64,000 nt of DNA, from NCBI GenBank assembly GCA_951406725.2, contig OX597818.1, positions 112,716,001-112,780,000 on the forward strand, given 5' to 3'. Position numbers and translations under genes: made by a program. Below are positions 1-12,964 of this stretch, in pieces (the stretch's first letter is position 1; every line of letters starts with the position of its first letter). The DNA is from Octopus vulgaris (Eukaryota). The notes under the pieces are model-generated. The model searched no databases. It saw nothing but the letters and a program-made list of their open reading frames with translations, and was not told the origin of the DNA.

Positions 1-174
1 GGGATAGTCGATTACATCCACCCTAGTACTTAACTGGTACTTATTTTATTGACCCCCTGAAATGATGAAAGGCAAAGACGACCTCGGTAGAATTAGTTCT
101 CAGAACATAAATCCGGACGAAACACCGCTAACTATGTCGCCCGGCGTGCTACAGATTCTGCGAGCTCGCCGCCT
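1..174 (-). mobile_element. tRNA-derived SINE, family A (Meta-domain-like core; cephalopod OK/Twin-like), 3' end off-window
   Basis: Reverse complement resembles the window consensus GGCGGCGAGCTGGCAGAA...GTTCTGAGTTCAAATTCCGCCGAGGTCGACTTTGCCTTTCATCCTTTCGGGGTCGAT, which recurs more than 10 times. Confidence 0.85.
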
Positions 175-191
175 GAAACAGCCGGAATATT

Positions 192-405
192 CCTTTCTAT
201 TCTAGGCACAAGGCTCAGTAATTTTAGGGAAGGGGCAAGTCGGTTAGATCTATCCCGGTACGCAACTGGTAGTTAATTTATCGACCCCGAAAGGATGAAA
301 GGCAAAGTCGACCTCGGCGGAATTTGAACTCAGAACATAGCGGCAGACGAAATAGGGCTACGCATTTCGCCCGGCGTGCTAACGTTTCTGCCAGCTCGCC
401 GCCTT
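192..405 (-). mobile_element. SINE family A with 16-bp target-site duplication
   Basis: Full head and core. Flanked by AAACAGCCGGAATATT (176-191) and AAATAGCCGGAATATT (406-421). Confidence 0.9.
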
Positions 406-1216
406 AAATAGCCGGAATATTGAAACACGTATTCGTAACCGGGCTGCTCTGTAAACTGTATGCGCCCGGGCTCGTATACTCGTAAACTATCCGCCTAGCA
501 TTTATAATACATATTTTTAAGTAGTACTGAAAATAGCTTATCAAACAAAATGAAGGTATTGAATGCTCATTTAAAGTAATTATCAATTTCGAATCAATTG
601 TTTATATATATATATATATGTCGTTTAAAACACTTTTTCTTCAAAACAACATCAAATTTCATTTCGAAATTGAATATTTCACAGTTATTCACTACTTGAA
701 GATATTCTTTCTATGATTTGTGCCAAAGCCAATACAAGTAAACAATAAAATCGTCGATACCTGTAAAACTCTCAACTCTAATACTTATGAAGCTATAAAT
801 AGAACAATAAAAATAATTTTCTACTAACCAAAAAATAGACCATGGCGTTCAATGTGTCAAGTTACATAAATACATATTAGTTTTAAAACTAAACTGAATT
901 TGCTTAAGAAAATCTTGAAAATGGAGAGAATTTGAATGGTTAATGTACTTAAATCCATTTTAGATTATAACATTTTTTACAATTAAAATGATCAGAAATA
1001 GTCTGCTACGTAAAGCTATTATATCGCGTAGATAATTAGAAAATTTGGAGATTAAGCAGTGTGCACTAGTTGTCATCTTCCTGTCTAAATCTAATTAATG
1101 ACTCGTAAAAATTTGTTGAGATTTCATTTCAATTTACGGTTTCCATATTCGTATTATTGTCTAAATTAGTATATCTTTGGTATTGTAAGGTATTTCTTAA
1201 CTATTTCATAATAATA

Positions 1217-1560
1217 CCCGGGAATTATATGATGTAGCCTAGGGGATATGCCCGGATCTTAGATATGATAGCTTTGATATCCCACGAAAAAGAATCTGCT
1301 GGGCAGATTTCGGTATTTATCAGGAAGGTGGACAGTTTAATATGAGAGGTAGAGATGGCCATAGCTTACAGAAATTTCATCATGATATTCGAAGAAATAC
1401 TTTTAAAGATAACAGTAGATTCGAAACCAAGTGTGGTTAAACCAGTGCATGGAATTCTATATTTAAATCTATTTTACGATGAATGGAGTCTTTAAAATGT
1501 AATCAAACGAAAGACCAGGCTACATTCCACACAGCCTCCAATAAACATGTGAAACTTTGC
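1217..1560 (+). pseudogene. Decayed MAM-domain remnant of a MAM/LDLa gene
   Basis: One frame reads PGNYMM*PRGYARI...SHEKESAGQISVFIRKVDSLI*EVEMAIAYRNFIMIFEE. This matches MAM motifs G.YM, G..ARL, H..G.S.G.L.V, LIW (TGA at 1343) and F.I.FE. KCNQTK follows in another frame. Confidence 0.5.
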
Positions 1561-2178
1561 CAATAATATTAGTTTTCAATATTTGGCCTGCGATGTTGAA
1601 GTCGTGGTATATATCTGTAATATTGACTCCAGTGATCAAGTACTTATCTTATTCACGCAGCAAAGATGAAAGCTGGAACGACCTCAACGGAAATTAATTT
1701 AATGATAGTCATAAGCTCACAACCAGTTTAGTCTTGCAAACGAATCCTTTATATGAATTGTGTATAATAGGCAGCGTGCATGAAATTGCATTGGATTCTA
1801 AGATAGAATGCTTTAGATAGTTGACAGAATGATTACACTATGCACAGAAATGGATAGCAAATATCAGATAATACAACGTGTGATACAGAATAGGAACTCA
1901 GAAGATTCTATTTCTCAAGAAATAATCATAAAAATAAGGCACTGTATAGTGCCTTCTTTGTTTGTAAACACAAAGGTTTTTTCCATTTCATACACGCGCA
2001 AAGCATACACACATCTATACATACATTATAGGCATATGTATGGAGGTATGTACGTGTGTATGTATGTATGCATACATGCATTTATGCATCTATCTATGTA
2101 CGCATACATGCATGCGTTTATGTATGTATATTTGTATGCATTTATATGTATGTATATCTATATAATTATGTATGTATA

Positions 2179-2972
2179 CAAGGTGCGTTCAAAAATAGAC
2201 ATTTTTCTCTTTAAAACTAATACCGCGTTGGCAAAATCCTTTAGGTATAAGAGAGCACCACCCTTCCTGTGCATGTCTGAAAATTTTGGCAACAGTGGGC
2301 TCATCATTTCCTGGTTATTACGCTTAGAGCACAGTAGATTTTTGTTTTCACCGACGCATCGAGCAGAAATGCTTCGAAGTTTACGAAAAGCTTACTGATA
2401 CTCAAGCGCAAAAAATTCTGATGATTCGGCAGGCCTTTGGCGATGATACCATGGGCAAAACTCAGATCACCGAGTGGCACAACCACTTCAAATATAGCCG
2501 CACTTCAAATATAGTGAGCAGGACGTCCACAAGCCGGAACGAGAAGCTGATTGAGAAGGTTTGGCTAATAGTCATGGGAGACCGTTGGGTAACGATGAAG
2601 GACATTGCCTAAGAAGTGAGAATAAGCAGAGAATCAGTGCATTTTATATTAACGAAGAATTTTTGCACGAGTTGTGCATCGGCGAAATTTCGCTCAATAT
2701 GCTGGCAGAGCAGCCGAAGCAACTCCACGTGGAAATTGCTGGAATGTGCAAACCACAGCACAGGCACCACGGAGAGCAGCTTCACGTGGATTTATGGTCT
2801 CTGCGTGATGCGGCCACAGCACGTCTTTACGCTATGTGTAACAGCGGAGGACAAACGAGGCCTACCGACGTGAAAAGTTTCTCACATGCGCAGAAAGGAT
2901 GACGTCACCCATCACCCACAGGATGTTTCCCACGTGACATTAGTTTTGGCGGAAAATATTAAAGTCGAATAC
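2179..2972 (+). mobile_element. Non-autonomous mariner (irritans-like) with N-terminal transposase and long diverged inverted ends
   Basis: Starts TA|CAAGGTGCGTTCAAAA. Encodes MIRQAFGDDTMGKTQITEWHNHFK...RTSTSRNEKLIEKV...DRWVTMKDIA*EVRISRESVHFIL (HTH region). 2830-2972 is a diverged reverse complement of about 2195-2335. Confidence 0.8.
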
Positions 2973-3103
2973 ATCAAATAATCAAAATATTAAATTAATG
3001 ATGGCCTAAAAGATATGGACCCTTGGTAATGTATGTGATATCTTTTCCTTTCTGCCTGAAAAATCTTGCCCCTCATTTCTTTTACACATTTAGCCTTTTA
3101 CAT

Positions 3104-3537
3104 TTTTACTAGTTTCAGTCATGTGACTGTAGCCATGCTGGTGTACCGCCTTTAGCTGAGCAAATTGACCACAGGACTTATTCTTTGTAAGTCTAGTACT
3201 TATTCTATCGGTCTCTTTTGCCGAACCGCTAAGTTACGGGAAGTAAACACACCAGCATCGATTGCCAAGTGATGATGGGCGGACAAACACAGACACACAA
3301 ACATATGCACACACGTACATACACACACATACACACACACACTCACACACACATATATATATATTCATGTATACGACGGGCTTCTTTCAGTTTCCGCCTA
3401 CCAAATCCACTCACAAGGCTTTGGTCGGCTCAAGGCTATAGTAGAAGACACTTGCCCAAGGTGCCACGCAGTGGGGCTGAATTCGGAACAATGTTGTTGG
3501 GAAGCAAGCAATTTACCACAGAGCCACCCCTACGCCT
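3104..3537 (-). mobile_element. tRNA-derived SINE, family B (CORE-like, internal microsatellite), full length
   Basis: Head AGGCGTAGGGGTGGCTCTGTGGTAA, CCTTGGGCAAGTGTCTTCTACTATAGCC core, internal TA/TG tract, and tail ...CAGCATGGCTACAGTCACATGACTGAAAC. Confidence 0.9.
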
Positions 3538-3644
3538 GAACGTAAAATAAAACAGCAATAACGACTAATTTCTAGACTGTGTGGGATGGTATAGTTTCAA
3601 ACGATATTTTATTTCAATATTACTTCTTGCTTTGGTAGGATAGA

Positions 3645-3960
3645 GTATCACGTGATCACGTGAAAGACACAGATGTGTGGATATTGTACGTCGATGATCA
3701 GAATTCGCTTCGCATCCTCTTAGCTTTCGAATCATCCGACTCCACTGGCTAAGCAAGCAAGCAAGCATTACTCCCGACCGGCAGGCTAGTTCGTCGCATA
3801 GTTACACATTTAGAGCTGAGCCAACTGGAACAACATGGAAGGAAGTGTTTTGTTCCAGAACACAACGCCATAACATCACAGCCCGTAGTAGGAGCGGAAA
3901 TCGAAACCACAATCTCATGATCGTAAGCGCAACACGCATTGCCACTAAGACTCGCTCCTT
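3645..3960 (-). mobile_element. Diverged tRNA-derived SINE (family C/D)
   Basis: Minus-strand head with A/B-box-like TAGTGGCAATGCG...GGTTTCGATT. The CACGTGATCACGTGA tail is shared with the copy at 30455. Confidence 0.65.
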
Positions 3961-4382
3961 CACAGAGCAGATTATACATCTAATTAATTCTGGAATATCA
4001 ACCATCTCCCAGCTAATTTCGTTAGTATTTTGTTTCTGATTTCTGCCTCATTAAAAGTGAAATTATATAGGCACATGTTGCGCATTAGGAACAAAATCTT
4101 TGTTTATTTCCCCCCTCAAATGAACGAATGAATTAACTATTCCGAGAGAAGAAATCGATTTCACATGTTTTACAGTCTTCCTTGTCATACATATCCAGCT
4201 CAAAACAAATTAATACATGATTTATTTTTTCGTTTGAAATCCATATTATGGACTAAAACGACCAATTCAGTTTTATATCTGTACTTACCTCGTAATCATC
4301 TTTAGTCATAAAATTCAATACCAGTCCATTATACACTCTTTCAGCGAATTTCGCGAGGAATTATTGTTAATATATACAGTAA

Positions 4383-4470
<88 letters not shown>

Positions 4471-4473
<3 letters not shown>

Positions 4474-5332
4474 ATTATAAATTATGGTATCTACGAGATA
4501 CCACCATGCTGAAAATAGCAGCCATGATCTGACACTAAAACTACCTCAATTGTCCATATCGCAAACACGGAGAGAAAACAAAGAGACAAGATGAAGCTAG
4601 TAAAAAATTACTGGATAATACTAGATCTCGGATTTCTGACTTTGCATTTAGGAATGATTTGCCACGTCACTAGAATACATACAGAAAAGAAACATAAATA
4701 CATATATATATAAATACAACCTACGAATACCCACATATACGAACATATACACATATATATATATGCACGTATGCATCAAGGCCAGTTCAAAATGCCCGCC
4801 GTTTAATTCCATGTGAGATATGGTTAAGATATCACCGCAGTAAATACAGTTATGAATAAGGATAAGATCGTTAATTTAAAATAAAATAACGATTTTATCA
4901 AGATGCCAGCATGGAAAAAATAACCTTCAAATGTAATAATTATTAAAATTATAAATTTGGGTATCTACGAGATACCACCATGCTGAAAATAGCAGCCATA
5001 ATCTGACTCTAAAACCATCTTAATTGTCCATATCGCAAGCATATTCTACTGACGAGGCAAAGCATTCCTAAATGCAAAATCAGAAATCCGGGATCTAGAA
5101 TTATTCAGTAATTTTTTACTAGGTTCATCTTATCCCTTTTTTTTCTCTCCGGGTTCGCTATATGGAAATTAAGGCGGTTTTAGAGTCAGATCATGGATCA
5201 TTAGGGTATCTCGTAGATACTCTAATTTATAATGTTAATAATTATTACCTTTGTCCTTTGAAGGTTATTTTTTCCATGCTGGCCACTTGATAAAATCGTT
5301 ATTTTATTTTAAATTAAGGATCTTTACCTTAT
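4471..5332. mobile_element. Three copies of a hammerhead-bearing Penelope-LTR-like module; the last two form a fold-back
   Basis: 4471-4677 and 4855-5040 share GGTATCTACGAGATACCACCATGCTGAAAATAGCAGCC. 5042-5332 is the reverse complement of that module. (TA)n/(TG)n flanks. Confidence 0.75.
5043..5101 (+). ncRNA. Type I hammerhead ribozyme motif
   Basis: ATTCTA-CTGACGA-[GGC AAA GCATT CCTA AATGC AAA ATC A]-GAAA-TCC G GGA-TC-TAGAAT. 6-bp stem I, intact core, AUC cleavage triplet. Confidence 0.8.
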
Positions 5333-5333
5333 G

Positions 5334-5366
<33 letters not shown>

Positions 5367-5533
5367 TAAGCAATAAAGGGTTTGGCAACGAATTGCCTTA
5401 CCACATACCGAATTTAGAAATAGCAGTCAAAGAGTTATAGCTATTTCTTCTACTAAAAAGGGAGATCTCAGTAAAACACAGCAATTGGAAGGCAGACACA
5501 AACAGGTAAGAGAGAATGAATTGACGGCAATCT

Positions 5534-5640
<107 letters not shown>

Positions 5641-5701
5641 CGGAGATGTACTCGCATAGCAAGTAATTTGATCTGAGAACGTGTTATATATATATATATA
5701 T

Positions 5702-5757
<56 letters not shown>

Positions 5758-6712
5758 GTTAACGCCAAATGATATATATCTAAAGAAACATTTCTTTTGT
5801 ATCCTAGTATGCGATCTTAGAATTTTTTTCCAAAAACCCTTGGAAACTTAGATTCTACATTAAACCATATATACTTAAAATCAAGGTGACATTTTGTCTT
5901 TCCATATTACGTGAAAAATTTTGTGTTTAGAAACGAAGAATCTGACATCAAATTACGAATATGCATCTCTGTCCTACAAGCTTTTGCTGTTATAGGTAAG
6001 TTCCAGGTACTATTAATCTCGACATCCTTGAAACATTTGTTATTCTCGAGTGGTACAAAGAAATAACTTACGCAAGCGCATTCATTGCTACTATACGATT
6101 CCATTATAAACAGGGGAATTCATCACGTTTTGTCAGCGTAAGGCGAGCGGTGTGTAATTGCGTTTTCGTTGTGAATATAATTCCATGCATGATGCGGAAT
6201 GTGTAAGTCTCCATGAATGTAATTAGTTTTATAAGTGTTTGAAAGTGTGGCTGTCTATGTGCATGTGTGTGAGAATGTGTGTATGTGTGTGTGCGTTTGT
6301 ACGTGTGTGTGTGTGTGTGTGTGCGTATAAGGTTATACAATCGTGTGAATATTCACATACTCTAACCCCTATCGGTAGTCTTTGGCATTATATTAGCATA
6401 TCGCATTTATTTGCCAGAAAATCGCAGCTGGATTGGCATAGGTGTCACGTTTAATTTGATAAAGTTGCAAGAAATAATTAGATATATTCATTCCAAGTTA
6501 ATAAATCGTAAATGATTGGCAATAGTATCAGTGATTTTAATCCAATATCCATCCATCGTCAGTAAATACGTAGCCAATACGATTCTGTATACTGTTGTTA
6601 ATGCTACTTAAGACATAATGAAATCAATCAAAATTTGCTCTCCTTGATTCAGTTATCTCAAAGGGATGTTTGTGTTTATATATGAAAAGCCTACAGATTC
6701 AAAATTAAATCT

Positions 6713-6890
6713 TCATCATCGCGATACTTTACTAAATTTTGCGAAGTATGATTGTTATTATGATATGCCATTCCTCAAATTTCATTGTGGTCAAAGTTAT
6801 CAACCCTATAATGGAATACAATAGGCACTTTAGATATGCGTCCACTTCGGTATTCGATATTGAAATTTGTGTGAATGGATTTGTGTTAGT
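6713..6890 (+). pseudogene. Decayed MAM C-terminus / LDLa start
   Basis: In frame IIAILLLNFAKYDC...KFHCGQ (cf. IAIDDI.F..C then F.C). ICVNG lies downstream. Confidence 0.3.
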
Positions 6891-7337
6891 GAGCAAAATT
6901 TCACTTAAATTTATATGGTGCTAAATGGAATTTTAACGGGAATAAGTGCCACGTATTTTGTGAACGAGCAAATATTTTCCAAGTTTATGACATTATAAAG
7001 TATACATGAGGCCATATGTGTGCGATATATAAAAAGCTATTAGGAGCCCTACATCTTTGCTTATGTCTGTTTATATTCTCATTTTGCATTCTATCTTCAC
7101 CGAGTTTGCATTATTTTAAAGTAGCAAGTCCTTATGGTAAACCGAGATAATTTACGAATTGATACTCCACGTAAGGAAATCAGGTCCAATGCTAAAATAT
7201 CATGTTGGCCATGACATCTCAAAAGAAAAAAAAAGCCTTATATTAATTAATGCAGCGGAAGTAGATGATTAAATGTCGACCTAAAGCTACGAATCAGTTC
7301 ATTATTCAACATTTGTTCCCTCTCTCTTTCTGTATAG

Positions 7338-7560
7338 TACAAATGCAATTTTAAATTTGCCTACTGAATCCATTGGTGATTATAAATCCTGCAGAATATG
7401 TATACACCAACCAATTTGACTTTATGATTTTCTACAAGTTGCAATATTACAATGAAGAAAATGTCAAGAATCGTTTCAAAACTCAATATGAGACACAAGC
7501 ATTGCATTACAGATATTATACACAGAGAGAACGTCAATTCGCGAAAAATATCTTCATTAA
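7338..7560 (+). pseudogene. Decayed MAM exon with splice acceptor
   Basis: Polypyrimidine tract plus AG at 7336-7337, then YKCNFKFAY*IHW (cf. C.FE..C..W; TGA at a Cys position), YTPTNLT, MSRIVS and HCI. Confidence 0.45.
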
Positions 7561-7599
7561 ATGAGGCACAGTCGATCAATTCAAATGTTTCCTCACAGA

Positions 7600-8389
7600 A
7601 TTCCTAAAGTAAATGCTAAAGAAATCTGAAATTGTTTCGATGGTTCAGTCAGGACTAAGGACACAATTAGAAAAACATTACACTAGTATTTTCATTTTCA
7701 TTTCTATAGTTAGTACTCTATCGGATTCTAATACTCCTAGATACTTATAACTCTCTCATTCTTTCAATGATTTTAATGTTTGGCCATTTGTTAATTGGAT
7801 TACTTCACTGTTAAACTACATTCCTCTTTCACATTACTGATGCTGCACATTTATTTATGCCAAATTCCATGCCTGTATCTTTGCTGAAGAGTCAAATATT
7901 TTGGAATCTTTTTCATTCTTACTAAATAGCTTCATATCGATCATGTAGAACGAATGGTTAATTTTTCCATTACAGTTTCTGAACTGATACTCTCTATTCG
8001 CCTTCCATAATACTAAAGTGAGGGGATTAAACTTAAGACAAATACTAAATGGGATAACGGGTCCCCTTGGAAAATTTCTCCCTTCATATCAACTTTACTT
8101 GAGAATAGATCTACTTTCCATTTCTCCATGTTAAAACTAATTCTCTTACGTTGTCTGCTCTACTGTATATACTCAAACATTTACTTATCCATGAGTGTGA
8201 AATCATGTCATAAGCTTTCTTATAATCTATCCATGCTATTGTTAAATTTTTCCTTCTAAATTTTGCTTCATTTATATGCATTTTCTATGTGTACAATAGA
8301 ACATGATTTCTTCTGGCCTTCTTCTTGCAACCTTTCTATTTTTTCCGGCAGCATTCTGAAAGTATTCCCGTTAATAGCTTCCACGTAAC

Positions 8390-8390
<1 letters not shown>
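7600..8390 (-). mobile_element. Decayed RT fragment of an R4/Dong-like (RLE) LINE
   Basis: Minus strand reads TWKLLTGILSE, KNLTIAWIDYKKAYDMISHSWI, IFQGDPLS and INH.FYM.DMKLF, with frameshifts. Confidence 0.75.
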
Positions 8391-8717
<327 letters not shown>

Positions 8718-9250
8718 ACAATTGTAATTGTTCTTGGTGATGTTGTTGTTATCAAGAAAGGATTCTTATTTCATCGTTCTTCTAAATGGAACTTTTGTGT
8801 TCTGCACTTCTCCCTTGATTTGCTTTCTATCATTGTTATCGCATTGCTTCTCACACTGCTACACTCAGCATTGAATTGTATGCTGTGTTTACGTAACATT
8901 ACACAATATTTATTCTCTATTCGTACATGCGATTACAGAATGACACCTTTTTCTGCACATCTCGTATAAGACTAATATCTATTCTACCCATGTTACTTCC
9001 TAACATACACTTATTTCTTATCTGATAAACAAGGAAGACAGGTCTTGAATTATATGTTGGTAGTTATTTCTGATAGAAATTGTACATTAGCTGTAATATA
9101 TTCCACATTGAAGAATTTTATACTTAAATTGCACGAGATTTCTTTCGATACGTTATTTACTATATCATTGTTCCTTTCTAAAAGTTTTCTTCGACCAGGG
9201 TTTTCATATTCTCGAGGTAATTCATTTTTCTCTTTTCCTTACATAAGACC

Positions 9251-9420
9251 AGGCGTAGCTGTGTAATATGAAGATTGCCCCCCCCCCAGACCCATGGTTC
9301 TAGGTTTAGTCCCACTGCGCAGTAACATGGGTAAGCGTCTTTTACAATAACCTACATCAGACAAAATTTTGTGAGTGAATTTGTTAGGCAGAAACTGAAA
9401 GAAGCGGTGGTATATACACA
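9251..9420 (+). mobile_element. SINE family B, 5' half, diverged
   Basis: AGGCGTAGCTGTGT...CCCACTGCG...GTGAGTGAATTTG...GAAACTGAAAGAAGC, followed by (CATA)n. Confidence 0.75.
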
Positions 9421-9799
9421 TACATAACACACATACATACATATATATGTACATACATACATACATACATACATACATACATACATACACACATACACAC
9501 ATACATACATACAGCAAGACCATTGTGAAACCAATAACATTATCATAGCAGAACATGCAGTTGCGAAAAAGGGAGGCTGGGGATGTACCGATCAATCGCT
9601 AATCAACAAAACTGAAATGTCAGAGGTGCGAGAGTATAGGAGGAACCAAGTTTCAATGTGGCTAAGCCTTTGACTTTGACCCGCACTCATGGAGGCTAGA
9701 AGCCCTTCAACTTGCTAAAGTTCCAGTGAGCGTAGTCAAAGCCATAGCTGACCTGATTTCATACGTGGGCCATCGTCTTGAAATTAAACTGAAAGTGTG

Positions 9800-10070
9800 G
9801 CTCTCTTATCACCGATAGAATACAATATCGCAAAGGCATATTCCAAAGAGACAGCCTCTCTGCGGTGTGGTTTATACTTTCTGTAAACCCCTTGTCATTC
9901 ATGTTAAGGGAGTCTGAAGGATGTATCACTGGTTCACAAGGAAACAGAAATACCAAATTTACACAGTTTCTTTGTGGATGACTTAAAATTTTATGCAAAG
10001 TATATGCATGTGATGAAAAAGAGCCTTGGCCGAGTTACAACATTCTCAAAGGATGTAGGGTTGGAGTATT
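9800..10070 (+). mobile_element. RT fragment of an R4/Dong/NeSL-like LINE
   Basis: IQYRKGIFQRDSLSAVWFILSVNPLSFML...FFVDDLKFYA. Confidence 0.75.
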
Positions 10071-10089
10071 GTCAGGTATAATTATACTA

Positions 10090-10455
10090 ATATGTCCATC
10101 TGTTATTTATGACAAACCTAAAACCCTAACCCTAATACCGTAAAGCTAAAACCAGTACAAACGTATGAACGATGTCATAAATAACTGTGACAAACGAAAA
10201 ATACACTGCCGATAGTTGTTGTTGACAAACAACGGCAGTAATTTTATTCAGCTGAATACACGTCATTGATTGGTTGAAATTACCGAAATACGACTAACTT
10301 AACGTGAAATAACTTCGTAAATATAAGTTTTTTCTCAAAAATGCTAAGATTAAAGGATGTTTTATATGACACATTCTACCAGTGTCCAAAGTTTGAAAGT
10401 GTTTAGTTACCAAAAATTATTTTTTTAATCTATAGGTGAAAAAGGTAAAGATCCA
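10090..10455. mobile_element. Putative Helentron-associated (HINE-like) non-autonomous element
   Basis: Short inverted repeat GTTATTTATGACA (10102-10114) / TGTCATAAATAAC (10173-10185) flanks AACCCTAACCCT. A hairpin ACTGCCG...CGGCAGT sits at 10205-10239. Family assignment is by architecture only. Confidence 0.45.
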
Positions 10456-11011
10456 ACTATTCTTTGTTAAACAGTCATTTAGGTTCATCTTGATAAATCA
10501 TATAAATGTGTTCAAAGTTTAAAAAAACATTCGAAATTAAATGTTCCCGACTTGAAATGTATGTCAAAGTTTCACAGAAATCGTTGTTTTTGACTCCATG
10601 TGAAAAAGTAAAATCGAATAATACATGCATCCTTTAGTGCCATCATATTTTTAATTCTGCACTTAGTATAGCATTTCGTTTGCATCCCACACAAATCTAT
10701 CTGTCCATATATTATTGTTTATAGTTTGATATTTTTGTCATCGAGTATAACATCTAAAGATTATGCGTTATATTGTGCGCTGTCTGTACGCTATTTGTAC
10801 ACTATTATCTCAGGTAACATGATTGTATTTTAGTAAGGTAACGAGTTAACGCCTTTGGTAAGACAAGTAAGGAGGAAGTTGAGATATAATACAAATGGAA
10901 ATAAAATAACATGTCAATCAGCGTGAAATACAATAGAATGAGGAAATTGGAATAAAACAAAATAACGAAAAACAATATAAAATACAAAAAAGTAGAGTAA
11001 ACGAAGATTTA

Positions 11012-11695
11012 ATTTCCTGTAATAGGTTGATGGCTAAAAAGACTTTTTAATTCATGGATATAAAAGCTTTAAAGTTTCGTGGATATAAAAGTTAAAAATA
11101 GGAAGGATGTATAAACGATTTGTGTATATAGAAGAAGGGATGGAAGCAGACTGATAAATGACACACAGATCGATTGGTCGAGTGGCAGATAGCTAGATGG
11201 CTTGACGGACCGATAGATATATAGACAGATGAGTTGGTAGATGGAAACATTGATAGTTCGGTAAGTAAATAGAAGAATTGATAGATTGTCCTACTAATGG
11301 TGTCTAACCGGGATGGAGCCTTGTTATTGGGTGTCATAGCTTAGTTAGTTAGGAATTTCTAATCGATGATTCTTCATTCAAAATCTAATGAAAAATCATC
11401 GATATGAGAGCACAAGATAAATAAGCAAAAACACCAGCAACATGACTTACACCCCATACGTTTGGTAACCTATTATTCAATCGGGCTACAGAACTATATA
11501 TCTATCCATCTATCAATTCATCTATCTATCGGTCTATCTAGCTATCTTGTTATTGACCCATCAATCTTACTGTCTATTCATTTATTTATCTGTCTACTTT
11601 TATATCCTCAAACCTTTTATGCCTCCTGAAACTTTAAACATTTATATCCATGAATTTTTATAAACTTTTATATGCATCAACTTCTAACAGGAAAT
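11012..11695. mobile_element. Old MITE/fold-back with ~240-bp diverged inverted arms
   Basis: ATTTCCTGT...TTCATGGATATAAA...TTTAAAGTTTC on the left is mirrored by GAAACTTTAAA...TTTATATCCATGAA...ACAGGAAAT on the right. The inner arms are (GATA)-rich and (TATC)-rich. Confidence 0.65.
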
Positions 11696-11723
11696 GTTTA
11701 TTTTCTCTCTCCTTACCTATGCC

Positions 11724-12075
11724 CCTTTCTACTCTTGGCACAAGACCCGAAAATTTGGGGGAAATGGCAAGTCCATTACACCAACTCCAGTACTCAACTG
11801 GTACTTATTTAAAATGATCCCGAAAGGATGAAGGCTAAGTCGACCGCGGCGGAATTTGAATTCAGAACGTATCCTTTTCTTTTCTAGGCACAAGGCCCGA
11901 AATTTTGGGGGAGAGGGCTAGTCGATTAGATCGACCCCAATACACAACTGGTACATAATATATCGACCCCGAAGGGATGAAAGGCAAAATCGACCTCGGT
12001 GAAATTTGAACTCAGAACGTAACGGCAGACGAAATACGCTAAGGATTTCGCCCGGCTTGCTAACGATTCTGCCAT
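11724..12075 (-). mobile_element. SINE family A, dimeric
   Basis: One head plus two core/tail units. Confidence 0.85.
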
Positions 12076-12882
12076 CTTCCTTCCCTATTCTGTAAACGGC
12101 GTTATCATCTTATCTTACTATAATTGTCTTAGTAGCTTTATAGTCTATCAGTCATCTTGCATATACAGCAGAGAACTTACGAACATCTACAAGTGGTTTC
12201 AAGAATTATTTGAATCTGGCTGGCTTGGAAACTGAACAGTAGAAGTGTTACATGTTTGAATCTACTCCAAACATTTCTGCATTGTTACAGGAAATATGCA
12301 TCAGAATATTTCAACAATGAGACAATTTTGAATATTCTTTATTAGCACTATCATGGTTCTTGAACTACTCCGTTGCCTCGGAACCCTAAGCATATGTTCT
12401 ATTTTACTGTGCGATATTTTTCTTTATATTTACATCAAATACTGTGTACTTTTCCATACAGTGTTTTGCTTGATCAATTTCTATTTGTCTGCAACAGCGA
12501 ACATTTACCACTTAGATCCTATGAATGCATGAATCATGCGCAATATTTGTTTTGGGCGATGTAATATCGTGTTTGTATACACCATTTGCCTAACTCAAAA
12601 AGTTCACATGTTTGCGATTGTATGTCAGCATTTCTCATGTGTTTTGATGTATCTTGCATGTCAGATGTGATATTTGTTTCATAGTGTATTTGTGGGATTG
12701 CCGCAGTTTTATGTTGTATTGTATGACATTTATAGATTAAGGTATACGCAACCCAGTTGTGTTATGTATTGTTATGTATCGCGGTTTGTGTTATTTTATA
12801 TTTCATACTGGGGCTGAAACCAAATAAAATGGAAACTGACACATGCAGCTGTTTCTTCTTTCCTCTGTCCATGAATATGTAG

Positions 12883-12964
12883 TGGAAATGTATTAAGTAT
12901 TCAATACTTTAAATGTCGAACAAAAAATGCCATTTCGAAATGCGTCAACCAAAACTTAAGGAAA
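12883..12964 (+). pseudogene. Decayed LDLa exon with intact AG/GT boundaries
   Basis: Acceptor AG at 12881-12882 and donor GTAAGT at 12965. Reads GNVLSIQYFKCRTK, then C-ISK across a 1-nt shift. The next acceptor (13284) gives YTNFAKLTVNYCD*. Confidence 0.4.

Noticed and set aside
1243-1440. Stop-free frame GICPDLRY...CWADFG resembling a GPCR loop
   Set aside because: No transmembrane segments. It overlaps the better-supported MAM frame.
5425-5480. Possible minus-strand hammerhead (CTGAGAT...GAAATAGCTA)
   Set aside because: The core is missing a base and stem II is poor, so it is too degenerate to call.
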